Assembly: GCA_951406725.2 (NCBI GenBank)
Contig: OX597830.1
Span: 10,478,001-10,542,000, forward strand
Direction of reading: 5' to 3'
DNA length: 64,000 bases
DNA from: Octopus vulgaris
Taxonomy: Eukaryota
The notes under the pieces are model-generated. The model saw nothing but the letters and a program-made list of their open reading frames with translations. It had not been told where the DNA came from and ran no database searches. The position numbers and the translations under genes are program-made. This document shows, one piece after another, positions 13,423 to 25,901 of the stretch. Position 1 is the stretch's first letter, and each line of letters begins with the position of its first letter.

Positions 13423-13829
13423 CATGTATGTATACACATATACATGAACGTATGTGTTTGTGTGTGTGTACTGTCAAGCCGCAGTTATCCGAACGTTAGT
13501 TAACTGAATTTCCAAACCATAACCTCTTAACATAATCCCTTGAATATTACAGGTACAATCCTTTCATTTTTGTTTACAATTATCCAAAGGAAATTCGAAT
13601 TACTGAATGACGCGTAAAAATAAAATATAGTTTACATCAAAGATATGGCTGTGCGCCAGAACGTATAAAAGAATGGTGAGACGTTATTGTTTGGGTTCTC
13701 TCTATTCTGTGTGCCCCTCGTGAATTATTATTAGTTTGGTAGACATCAGTAAGCTTTAGTATATAATTTCTTTGTTGATTCCTGTTCACAAGAGCCAGAT
13801 CTCTCGTTATATTCGTTAATCTAAGATAG

Positions 13830-13872
13830 CTTTGACTGAGGAGTAAGATCGAAACAACGCAATGTCTGAAAG
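13830..13872 (+). ncRNA. Minimal type-I hammerhead ribozyme (copy 1 of tandem pair, degraded)
   Basis: CUUUGA-CUGAGGA-guaagauc-GAAAC-aacgcaau-GUC-UGAAAG. Intact core, weak stems II and III. Confidence 0.55.
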
Positions 13873-14140
13873 TCCTTTTACTTTAATGAATCGCGTGTGA
13901 TGAACACACTTCGTCTAAAAGATGTTTTTCCAGTGACGAAAACCATCCGTGATCGTCATATCCATGCTTGAATTTTCCAGAACGTATTCAGAATGAAAAA
14001 ATACGAAATCGCTTGGATTTTTAGTATCCTGCATGCACTACATGAATTGTTATCAGTTTGGCAGGCATCGTGCATCAATAAATAATTCAATTGCTGATTG
14101 CTATAAACAGGAGCTTGTGCCCTTGATAAATTCATTAGTC

Positions 14141-14196
14141 GGCTTTGACTGAAGAGACACAGTATGGCCGAAACACCATGGTGTCTCAAAATAGCC
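14141..14196 (+). ncRNA. Minimal type-I hammerhead ribozyme (copy 2 of tandem pair)
   Basis: UUUGA-CUGAAGA-gacacaguauggcc-GAAAC-ACCAUGGU-GUC-UCAAA. Perfect stem I, intact core, palindromic stem III (ACACCAUGGUGU), GUC site at 14183-14185; stem II has mismatches. Confidence 0.78.
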
Positions 14197-15359
14197 TCAC
14201 ACAAATCCCATGTGTTGTAAATACGCATATTTGAAAAGGGGGATCTTCAACAACGATGAGATGTTCACGTTCAAATCTATCAAAACGTAGTGAATATGAA
14301 TAGATATGTTATAATCTTAATTACCATATATAATCCACAAAAATGAGAAAAATGATTACAAAAGCTTTACCCGTAATAAAACACTAAAAGCCTCCAAACT
14401 GATACATAACACACAAAACAAATCGGGAAGTATAGTAATACGTTGCGTTGTAGATTTTTCTTTAATTCGTGTTAATGTTTTTTATTGGGTGCAACAGCAT
14501 TTCAATGGTCCTTTGCAAGCAACACGCCATTATTGTTAGCATCACACCATTTTGATGATGAGATTGCAAAGATCTAGAATCTTTAATAGATTAATGGATT
14601 TAGGAATGTTTTTGCCCTTAAATAGATTTAGGAACGCTACTGATTGTATATATGAATGTATTTTATTTTTATTTGATTTAGTTGTCTGACTATAGCATGT
14701 TGCAGCATCGTATTTGATGGTTTGGGTGATCGTATTAAAGCTACTAATCTAAAGATTTGCATTCCTGTAGTTGTTGTTGCTACGCTGTATTCATAAAGAC
14801 AAAGACGCAACCCAGCTCGACACAAGTTTAACCGATGAACATAAATACAAACACGCGCACAAACACGCATATATACAGGTATGTATGAGAGAGAGAGGGA
14901 GAATGTGAGACCATTCAGTAAAGTATATGGCTACGTTCACCTAAGCGTAATTATTCAATAGTTGCACAATACACTCATCTTGTGCACTTATCATTGTGTA
15001 TCTTATCCTTCTCCCGTTTTGTGACAAATGGAAAGCTATTTAAATAGGATGGATGCATCTTTGGTAACATGCTGAATAACACAGAAACTGACCAAGGGAA
15101 ATTACCTCCTTTCATTTGGGGAAGGAGGGTTCAAAACGTTATCGCTAAAGATTGCGAATAAACGGGAAAAAAAGAGGGTCAGATAGTTGTATTTATACCT
15201 GTTCATATACAGTAAGGTTTTTTTCAGAATTTTCTTTTATCCTGTAATTCATAAATGATTGCGCTAGCGTTTCTTGAATTTACTGTCAGTCATATCTATA
15301 CACTGCTTGCTATCGTTTAAGTGTTCAACCACCGATAGATGAATAACAACATTGCTGTT

Positions 15360-15720
15360 TCAAGTCCGTTCAGTGGACAATCATTGATATTTCGATACAA
15401 ACAGCTTTCTTCTGTTTTGCTTGTGGGTCAGTGCAATATAATGTTTTAAGTTTGAACTGCAACTGTAATTCAACTTGATGTGCCTACCAAATATCATCTT
15501 ATATTTGTGGTACGGAAGAAAATGCTTATCTACTAAGTTAAGAAAAATTTTAGTTACATTTGATTGCACATTGACAGAGAAAGAGGTTGGATTAGATTAG
15601 ATAACAACATTTTCCCGAGACCCTTTGAATGATTAACGATAGTTAGAACAAGTTGTCTCTAGAACCACTCGTCTTTAGCTCCTCAAAATAAGAAGCTGCT
15701 ACGTCAAAAGTACCGTTATA
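15360..15720 (-). pseudogene. Decayed Penelope-like retroelement ORF (RT-to-GIY-YIG linker, Naiad-like)
   Basis: Minus-strand peptides FDVAASYFEELKTSG, VQSNVTKIFLNLVDKHFLPYHKYKMIF..IKLNYSCSSNLKHYI and CPLNG match the recalled PLE pattern TNVGKxFLxLxDKHFP..KIFN..VKxSYSCxxN..CPLxG. Stops and frameshifts present. Confidence 0.75.
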
Positions 15721-16185
15721 CATGGACAGTTAACATTACCTAATGTTTGAAGCAAAGTTCTGAGACAGTGATGGACGGCACCATGATTGTGTATACGTGT
15801 TGTAAGAGAGAGAAAGGAAGACAATTTTGAACGTAAATAAAGTCATGCAAACAGTAATTGAAATCATTCGACATCGACATGTGTATAGGATTAATTAGAA
15901 GAAGAGCTTCACGATGACACTTAAAATTCATCGAAAGGCAGCACGACCAGATTTATAAAACTGACCGTTGGCGAAATTTCGAAGCCATTATCACACTTCC
16001 TTCTCTCTCTCTCTCCACAAGTTGATGGTGTTTTTGAAGTAGTGTATCTATTCCAGTAAGCAAGTATATTGTATTTCATTTAATTTGTCTTTCGACGAGC
16101 AGGTCATGAAGCTGTGAAACAGGGTTTTCCCTGTTTAACGAAAAACCTAATATACTGCTGTACACACACACACATACACACGTAA

Positions 16186-16220
<35 letters not shown>

Positions 16221-16400
16221 GTGTGTGTGTGTCTATTGATTCTGAAATGGTTTTGTTAGCCTTCGTCTCAATACATTCTCTTTGTAGCAACAACACGCGC
16301 TCTTTTCTTAATCTGATACTCTCCAACACAATTCAACCTTGCTCTCTAACTTTTTCTCGCTCTCATCTCCTTTACATTCGCACACGTTTAATCTTTATAA

Positions 16401-16469
<69 letters not shown>

Positions 16470-17400
16470 CTGTGTGTAACTGGTTCTTTCTCGCTCACAC
16501 TCACTCTCCTACTCTCTATATACAACGTTAGCCTTTAATTTCCCCATCACTGTTTTCTCTTTTCTCTTCTTCCTACTTCACAACACCTTTACTAACTTCC
16601 CCTCTTACTTTGCTTTCTTGACATTCGACCATTCTTTCACTATGTTTTGTAACTCTCTCTCCATCCATACTCTCTACCCCCTCTTTTTCTCTATCCCTCT
16701 CTTTCTCTCTCCCTCTCTCTCTATCCCTCTCTGATTCACTTTTCTCTACTTGTTTCCCTCGTTCTCCCTCTGTCACACATTTATAAATCCTATTACACCT
16801 TTTTATCTCCCCCCACCATACGCTTTCTACCGATATTTTTCAAATCTATGATTTACCAACCTACCTACCTGTCTGTCTACCTTTCTAGTTATCGTCTATC
16901 TGTTTATCTCTCTCTCTCTCTGTCTGTCTACTTTATCAATCTGTCTGTCTTGCTATCGTGTAACGAATTAGCTGGGTCGTTAGCGCATTGGACAAAATAC
17001 CTACCGATCGCGTATGCTCCCAGTTCAAATCTCACCGGAGTCAACTTTGCTGTTTATCCTTTAAAGGTTTTCAAAATATAATAATAGTCAAAGCTGTTTG
17101 ATTGGTGCAGATATAAGACCATCGGATAAGATGTATTGTGGTATTTGCTCCGGCTCGTTACGTTCTGAATTTTTCGGTGGAGGTAGTCACCTAATTTAAC
17201 ACAATTTAACGCAATGCCTGGTCCCTCAGTATCGTTAGTGGCGTTCACTGGATTATAAGAATGTGGACCAGACCTTCAGTATGAGAAAATTCCTCTCTTC
17301 ATTTCAGGCCCTACAAAATTTAAGGGTTTCGGTGCTCTCCTTTCTTCTCTGACTAAAAAGTAAAAAGAATCTAGCCAGCGTTAAGGTTTGTGCGCGAGTG

Positions 17401-17480
<80 letters not shown>

Positions 17481-18074
17481 AGACGGGCTTCTTTCGGTTT
17501 CCGTCTACCAAATCCACTCGTAAGATTTTGGTTGGCCCGTGGCCATCGTAAAAGACACTTACCCTAAGTGCCACGCAGTGAGACCGAACCCGCAACCATT
17601 TGGTTGAGAAACACGCTTTTTACCACGCAGCAACGGCTTTTACCTAGGGTAAGTGTCTTCTACTATGGCCATGGGCCAACTAAAACCTTACGAGTAGGAT
17701 TTAGTAGACGGAAACTTAAAGAAGGCCTTAATATGTGTGTGTACGTATGTATATGTGTGTGTGTGTAGGAAAATCGAATATTAAAAACAAAACAGCAAAG
17801 TCAAAAGACGTACACCTGGGGGGGGGGTAGTATTTGTACCCCAGTACTGCTTGATAACCAGGTTTTAAAGAAATAAGTACTAAGGTCGCTTTGTTCGCCT
17901 AAGCCCTTCAAGGTGTGATGCACCAGCATGGCCGCAGTCTAGAGACAGAAACAAATAAGAGATAAGATATATAAAAGGAGAACAAAAGAAAAAGTTCTCG
18001 AAAGAACGGAATATGTATTCAAAAGCATTTAAACCGGTCTGTGAAAATTGCTCTTCAGTTTCTCGTTCTCGATA

Positions 18075-18300
18075 CTTCGTTCGTCGTTGTCGACGATGAT
18101 CAAGGACATCACATGGAGAACACTGATCACGGTGCGTCCGGTTGTGGCCAATTCGTCCGATTCGTCCTCGGAAGCCTCGGCCACATGTCAGGCACTGGTG
18201 GTCTGCTGGGACTGAAGACGACGAGTTGGATCTGGACTTGCCCAATTCACGTTTTCTTTTTGCCCTTGCAATCCTCCTCTGTCGGGGCAGCTTTGCCAAG
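18075..18300 (-). mobile_element. 3' end of RTE-type LINE with C-terminal C2H2-like motif
   Basis: RIARAKRKRE...HQCLTCGRGFRGRIGRIGHNRTH followed by a short 3' UTR. Confidence 0.7.
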
Positions 18301-18724
18301 CAGGGCGGTCTTGTACTTGCGTTTCCCAGGTGTTGGGTTCTTCATGAGGTGTGTATGTGTATAAATAATGTGTGTGTACATGTGAGTGTACGTGCAGTGC
18401 GGTTGAATCACACAGTGGAACACCTTGGGCAAATGTCATTTTCTGTAACTTTCAGTCGTCCCGTACCTTGTGAGGCATTTCAGGGGAAATGGTACCCGGT
18501 ATTCATAAGACACATTCTTGGTTTGCACGCGCGCACACACACACACGATCTCTGATTTTCCTGCGAATTACATGAAGGGTACACATGCCAGTGGAATACT
18601 CTGCCACTTTACACTTAAAGAACAAGAAGTTCAGTTCATACATTCATAAAATGACTGAATCCTCTTTGTCGAGCGACCGAGGCCCACCTCACACGCTCAC
18701 TTGCCGACACACGCATTAATTAAC

Positions 18725-19495
18725 CCTTCCTACTATCGATAAATGGTTTAATATTGGAGTGGGACTGGGTTAATCGATTACAATGACCCTAGTGCTCCAC
18801 TAGTACTTATTTAATCGATTCCGAAAGGACGAAATGCAAAGTCGACTTCGGAGGAATTTGAACTGTGAACGTGAAGATGACCGAAACGTTGCTAAGCATT
18901 TTTGTCCGACATGCTAACGATTCTGCCAGCTTGCCGCTTTAATAATAATAATAATAATAATAATAATCCTTTCTACTATAGACACAAGGCCAGAAATTTT
19001 TTTTTGGGCGGGTGGGGACTAATCGATTACATCGACCCAGTGTTTCACTGGTACTTAATTTATCGACCCCGAAAGGATGAAAGCAAAGTAGACATCGGCG
19101 GAATTTGAACTCAGAGCGTAGTGAAAAACATGCCACTAAGCATTTCGTCCAGCGTGCTAACAATTCTGCCAGTTCGCCGCTTTAATAGTAGTAGTAGTAG
19201 TAATAATAATAATAATAATAATAATAATGGTTTCAAATTTTGGCACAAGACCAGCAATTTCGAGGAGTGGGTAAGTCGCTTACATTGACTCCAGTGCTTA
19301 ACTGATACTTAAATTATCAACCCCGAAAGGATGAAAGGCCAAGTTGACCTCGGCGGAATTTGAACTCAGAATCTAGTGACGGGTGAAATCCCTATTTCTA
19401 TTTCTTTACTACCCACAAGGGGCTAAACATAGAGGGGACAAACAAGGACAGACAAACGGATTAAGTCGATTATATCGACCCAGTGCGTAACTGGT
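18725..19495 (-). mobile_element. Cluster of SINE family B copies
   Basis: Repeated atcgaccccgaaaggatgaaaggc..gaatttgaactcaga blocks; the last copy resumes at 20421 after a MITE insertion. Confidence 0.85.
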
Positions 19496-20420
19496 GGATC
19501 TTTTCTTTTTAAGATCCCTGGTGGATCTTTTCTTTTTGAAGGCCAGATTTTCTGAGTTAACTAAACAATTTGAAACTTCGTATACTGGTAGAATGTGTCA
19601 AAAGAAAACATTATTGTAAACAAAATTGAAAATATAATTGTAATTCGTAACTTAAACGGAGTTTGATTTTAAGAATTTTAACCAATGAAATCGCAGCATT
19701 CGAGCTCAAATTATTTACCTCTTCTTCTGTCTTCTACATGTGCTAGAAATAACAGCTATATCTCTTAAATCGATTAATTTCGTCGCCCAATAAAAATATT
19801 AACGATATTTTTTGAATATTTTCTTTATTTTTTTTTTACCGAAAAGGCTTCTCCCATGGTTTTGAAGGGCCAGAAACAACAAAAACAAAACAATAATATG
19901 CCTAAATCGGTCTCGAGTTTGCGCGTGGAGTGTGAGTCGTATTGTAAAAATTTGCGAAATATTTTTTCATAAAAGGATGCCCCCTGCTTGTCGGAAGCTG
20001 TGATATAAATTGGGAAAAAATCCTCGACACCAGTGCGTAATTGGTACTTAATTTATCGACCCCGAAACGATGAAACATTGACCCCACCCTTCTGTGCAAA
20101 TTTGTTGCGGCAAGTGGCAAAACACGTGTATTTTTGCTTGTGTGCGTATGTGTGTGTATGTATATGTCCGTTTGTATGTGTGTGTGTGTGTGTGTGTGTC
20201 GTGCGTCTGCTATATTTCTTTATCAATATCGACAACGCAGCAATGTTGGGATTTCATTGGTTAAAATTCGTAAAAATTAAACTACGTTTAAGTTACAAAT
20301 TACAATTTTGTTTTCAATTTTGTTTACAATAATGTTTTCTTTTGACACATTCTACCAGTATACGAAGTTTCAAATTGTTTAGTTAACTAGGAAAATCTGG
20401 CCTTCAAAAAGAAAAGATCC
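19496..20420. mobile_element. Long-TIR MITE, GGATC termini, 8-bp TSD (Merlin-like by inference)
   Basis: ~175-bp TIRs at 19523-19700 and 20242-20420. TSD taactggt at 19488-19495 and 20421-20428. Interrupts a SINE-B copy. Confidence 0.85.
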
Positions 20421-20795
20421 TAACTGGTACTTATTTAATCGACCCCGAAAGGATGAAAGGCAAAGTTGACCTCGGCGGAAATTGAACTCAGAACGTAGCG
20501 GCAGACGAAATACGGCTACGCATTTCGCCCGGCGTACCAACGTTTCTGCCAGCTCGCCACCTATAATAATAATAATAATAATAATAATCCTTTCTAATGG
20601 AGGCACAAGGCGTCAAATTTTGTGGGAAGAGAATTTTGTACATCGACCCCAGTATTTCATTGGTACTTAATTTATCGACCCTGTAAAGGATGAACGGCAA
20701 AGTTGACTTTGGTGGAATTTGAACTCAGAACGTAAAGACGGATGAAACGCCTGTAAACATTTTGTCCGGCGTGCTAACGCTGCTACCAGCTCCCT
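20421..20795 (-). mobile_element. Two SINE family B copies
   Basis: Same core; (TAA)n spacer between them. Confidence 0.85.
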
Positions 20796-21179
20796 GCCAA
20801 ACATGTATTTGTCAATTAATGACAGCAGAACAGTTAGGCTCTAACTTTCATTAACTTACACTTACATTAACTCTAACAAGCAATGTACGCCGCTCTAGGT
20901 GCACGCTTACTAACAGCAGAAACAACTGTAAGCTAATGTAAGTGAATACTAAGTTATTTATTAGACAATTATTGATTAGTGTTTCATTGTTTACTCGTCT
21001 AATACTTTATTAAGAAGTGTAACCCAATTGAATTCTATCGACTGGTAATTATTATTAGTATGCCTGTGCGAAACCGTAATGCACACACACACACACACAC
21101 ACGCTTGTGTCTATGTTCATGTATGTTTTCGTACGTCCGTACGTACTTATATATGCGTATGTAGGCATATCCATCTACA

Positions 21180-21260
21180 TACAGGACGTCCATAAATTCC
21201 CTTTACAATATGGATTTTAAAAGTATGGAAATTGTAAAGAGAATTTATGGACACCCTGTA
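21180..21260. mobile_element. Tiny Tc1/mariner MITE
   Basis: TA-caggacgtccataaattccctttacaat ... attgtaaagagaatttatggacaccctg-TA. Confidence 0.8.
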
Positions 21261-21268
21261 TGTATATG

Positions 21269-21299
<31 letters not shown>

Positions 21300-21659
21300 C
21301 CGTGTGAAAGATACTCATTATCTCTAACTGATCCCTTTCAATGTCGACCTTCAGAACCTTGCTCCTTCGTCTTCCCCTATTTCCTTTCTCTCTTACTCTT
21401 TCTCCCCCCCTCTCGCCCTCCCCCCCCCCCCCCCCACACTCTCGCACTCTCCCTCTTCTCCCCCACCCTTTCGTTCCATGTCTGTCTTTATTATCTAATA
21501 GAATCAAAGTTGTAAATCAACAACTGAAAACCCGCGACCAGAAGATTAAAGCAAAACAAACCGTTTACCCCAAACGTTCCCTAAAAACCATACGGCAGAT
21601 ACGACTTCATTAAATTACTTCCCTAAATCATTCCCTACAATGAGCCAGCGAGCGCACCT

Positions 21660-22370
21660 ACACACACACACGTACGCACGCACGCACCGGCAAATGCACG
21701 CACACGTGCATGCGCGTGCGCACGTGTGTGAGCGTGTATGCGTATGTGTGTGTGTGTTCGTGCATACCCATTTGCAAGTGTGTGTGTATGTGTGCGTGGA
21801 CGTATATTTACATATGTAGACATACGTGTGTATATGCCTATATAGGTTCATATATACACGTTCATATATATACACATAAACATTATACATATACGAACAT
21901 ATATGCGCGCAGACACACACACACACAAATAAGTACATGTATATATATACAGATATATATATATATATAAGCATACATGTATACGTCTATATATATACAT
22001 GTGTGTGTATGAACAAATACCAACATGTATGTGTGTGTATGTATATATATGCATACATATATATACATACGTGTGTATATATATATTTATATACACGTGT
22101 GTATGAACAAATACACAGGTATATATGTGAACACACGTATATATACAGATATATACATGCATACATATATACATACCTGCGTGTATATATAGATATATAT
22201 ATATACATACATACACAAACACACACGCACGTGTATATATATTTATGCATACACGTGTATATGTATAAATACACACATGTATATATATATATATATGCAC
22301 ACACACACACACGTGTATATATATATAAAATGTGTACGCACGCACACACACACACACACACACACATATA
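21660..22370. repeat. Degenerate CA/TA/TG low-complexity tract
   Basis: Direct inspection. Confidence 0.9.
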
Positions 22371-23063
22371 CGGCTTGTTAAAAATAGTACAACAGAGCAA
22401 TAAATTATAAAAGCAAAAAAAAACAAAAATACATCAAAATATCACGTATTCATTAAATACTTTTTTCTTTTTTTTTTTTACTTCACCCCCGCTCCCCCGC
22501 TCCCCCCCCCCATGTAAAGTTACCAGAATATCTAGTTGGTCGCATGTTTGCACACAGCGAAAAATGACATGCGAATCACCTGATTCTGAAATTGTTGCAG
22601 CAGAATTCGTGCACCAAGAAGCACCTAGTGACACACAAGCCATAATCGAAGAGACGATGTTGCATAAATTAGCACCGATATTATCGCTGAGCTAACATCT
22701 TACATAACAGAAACGAGAGAAAAAGAGAGAGAGAGAGTGAACGACGAGAGAGTAAATTGAAAAAGCAGAAGATGGAACGAGCGAACACAACACACGGATA
22801 CACAGACACAGGCAGAAATGGAAGCCGGGTCTCAGAAGGTCTTCCTTCAACTGGCTTAAAACACTACACAATACATAACGCGCTTCTCTCTATCATAGTA
22901 TTTCTATCTATATACCTGACTGTTTGTGTGTTTGTGTGTGTCAGGCCGGTATGTATGTCTGTGTGTATAGAACACACATAGAATATAGCGTTACCAAGTC
23001 GTAGATTCAGTAGCGTGTATATATATTTACGTGGAAGTATAGCGATTTTATATATGAGTATAG

Positions 23064-23125
<62 letters not shown>

Positions 23126-23875
23126 TGTATATGAGATGGAGGGAGGGTTATGTCCAAATATGTGTTAATGTGTGTTAGCGTATATGTGCGTATACATTTA
23201 TGTGTGTGCGTGCGTGTACGAGTGTGTGTGAGTGTGTGTATTTGTGTATATGTATCGTCTTTTTGGTCGAGTCATTGGAATGCGGCCATGCCGGAGCACC
23301 ACCTTGAAAGGTGTAGTCGAGCAAGTCGTTTCCTATACTTTTTTTTTAGTAAATTTGGTACTTATTCTGTCGTTCTCTGTTGCCGAACCGCTAGATTTCG
23401 GGAACATAAGCCAACACCGGTTGTCAAGCGGTGGGTGGGGAGATGGGTACGGACGCACCACAAGGACACACACACACACACATACACACACACAAACAAA
23501 CAAACAGATAAATATACATATGTATGTGTGCAAACATATGTATGTGCTTCAAATTTTATTTTGGGAATTTGTGGGAGCAACAGCCTTCGAAGACTCATAT
23601 TGTCGTTCAGTGCTCGAAATGAGGAGTAGATAGACAGCCGACAACTGATGAAGGGTCGTTCTTTATCTTACTTGTCCTGTTTTCCATTTGTTTCTCTCGT
23701 TGTTTGTGTATTCAACTCATTTGTTTTCGTATTTCATGTTGTTTACGGTTTGTAACGTCCTGTACCCATATATGCATTTCTCTCTTCCTTCTTCCCTTCT
23801 TTCCTGAGCGTCCAATAATACTTTATTTGTTCCACGTCCTCGCGTTGTTGTGTTTTTGTTTTCTTGTTTGGATTA

Positions 23876-23935
<60 letters not shown>

Positions 23936-23940
<5 letters not shown>

Positions 23941-24062
23941 TATATAGAAGGAGCTTCTACAGGACTAGAACTGTTTCATTCAAGAGAAATCTTCATGCTT
24001 CCTGAAGATTTCTCTTGAATGAAACAGTTCTAGTCCTGTAGAAGCTCCTTCTATATAATAAA
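23936..24062. repeat. Perfect ~60-bp hairpin (7-nt loop) within (TA)n; PLE pLTR-like
   Basis: tttattatatagaagg...aaatcttca-tgcttcc-tgaagattt...ctatataataaa; right arm carries CUGAAGA..GAAAC..GUC. Confidence 0.9.
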
Positions 24063-24212
24063 TTAATTTTACTCTGCTATGTATTGAGTACCTTATTAAC
24101 TGTGGTTAACCCCGAATCAACCCGGGACCTACATATATATATATATATATATATATATCGTTCTTCGGATTTGGTTTGCAAGATTCTTTATGAGTTCGTG
24201 TGTTGAAGCATA

Positions 24213-24411
24213 TTCTGTTGCATCTGGTGAGAGTCATTCTCTTTTAGTGCCTTATTATTTAACACACTCATCGGTTCGATTTCCACTCATTTACTTGTTT
24301 ATCTTTTTAATTAATTTTCCTAATAAATAAGTAAATGAGTGGAAATTTACCCGTGCGTGTGTTAAATAATAAGGCACTAAAAGAGAATGACTCTCCCCAG
24401 ACACAACAATA
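24213..24411. repeat. Imperfect ~85-bp inverted repeat between microsatellites
   Basis: gagagtcattctcttttagtgccttattatttaacacac and atttccactcatttactt are mirrored at 24329-24401. Confidence 0.9.
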
Positions 24412-24877
24412 TCTGTGTGTGTGTGTGTGTGTGTATACATATATATGTGTATATGTATGTCTGTTTGTATCAATATATGTATATATTTATGTCTAATATA
24501 TATACATACACATATACATATATAGAAAATAAGTGGGTGAAACTACATTGACATTCTGGACTCTGACTGAAGAAGCAATTGGCTGCGAATGAACCGTGTA
24601 TCTTGCTTTGTTCTTTTTTCCGCATGTTCTGTTTTGACGGATTCCGTTTGTTGTGTTCTTCTGTTCTACCTTTTGATTTTTAAATATATATGGCTGCATA
24701 GATATATACACACACACACATACATGTAAATATGTGTGTATAAATATATATAGTAAAGAATACGTGTGCATATGAAATACTTTGTATATAATGTGTGTGT
24801 GTATATATACATATATAAATACTTATATATACATATATAAATACTTATATAATGTGTGTGTGTATATATACATACAT

Positions 24878-24961
<84 letters not shown>

Positions 24962-24985
24962 ATTTGTGTGTTTATTATGTATATA

Positions 24986-25102
24986 TGCAGGTTGAGCCAA
25001 AAGTCGCAAGAGTCGTAAATTAGAAATGAAAAAATGAAATTAAAACGAATTTATTAAAATGTGATTTTTTTCGCTCCAAACGTACATATATTTCCTACGC
25101 GC

Positions 25103-25155
<53 letters not shown>

Positions 25156-25546
25156 TATAATGTAGAAAATTGAAAAGAAACACATGAGTTAATATGTATA
25201 AGAAAAAAAGTCAAGGCAGAAAATGCTAAAATAATTTTATCATAAAAAACATTTCAGTACCGGTTTCGGTCATTGAGACATTTTCAGCTCTAAGTATGGA
25301 AAACAATTGAATTTTGGAAGAATTAGATGAAAAGTTTTTAAAAGAATATTTGCATAGTATTCAAATACAAGGGACATTTTCCTTGGTTCTGCTTGTCTCC
25401 GTCTCTCTTATTTACTCTTGTGGGTTCGAGGTCGTTGCGAATTCTTGGCAGATAAGAAATACTGTTTATGTTTGGTAAGGTATCGTAAATTTGAAATGGA
25501 ACATAAATGAATTGACACGTTTGTGGCTTTTGGTCCATCCAGTGTA
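24986..25546. mobile_element. Decayed Tc1-like MITE interrupted by (TA)n and an HHR-like repeat
   Basis: Ends caggttgagccaaaagtcgcaa and ttgtggcttttggtccatccagtgta are imperfect inverted repeats. Confidence 0.45.
25253..25292 (-). ncRNA. Degenerate hammerhead-like motif (core CUGAAAA)
   Basis: Minus strand: AG-CUGAAAA-uGUCucaauGACc-GAAAC-CG-GUA-CUG; palindromic stem III ACCGGU; G8 is replaced by A. Confidence 0.4.
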
Positions 25547-25757
25547 TGTGTGTGTTTGAGCGTGTAGGCGCGCATTGTGTAGTGATGGCTTAGTGGTTAG
25601 ATAACTCGGCTCACTTTTGTCAGGTTGTGAGTTCGATTGCCGGCGATGCATGGTGTTCTTGAGCATAAAAGCTTTATTCCACGTTGCTCTTGTCCACTCA
25701 GTTGGCAAAAATGAATTGTACCAGTAATTAAAAAGGAGCCAGTTTTGTCACGTTCTG

Positions 25758-25858
25758 TATACCCTCCAGCCTTCATCAGGTGTCTTGGGGAAATTTCGAA
25801 CCTGGGTTCTCATTCCTAAGGTATTTTTCGATATTATTATTATTATTATTATTATTAT

Positions 25859-25901
<43 letters not shown>

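Noticed and set aside
22434-22695. Short ORFs or possible exon in a unique island
   Set aside because: No recognisable domain, weak splice signals, and no partner exons found.
23645-23660. ctgatgaaggg motif (also at ~47269) as a hammerhead core
   Set aside because: No downstream stem II-GAAA or cleavage triplet; at most a truncated remnant.
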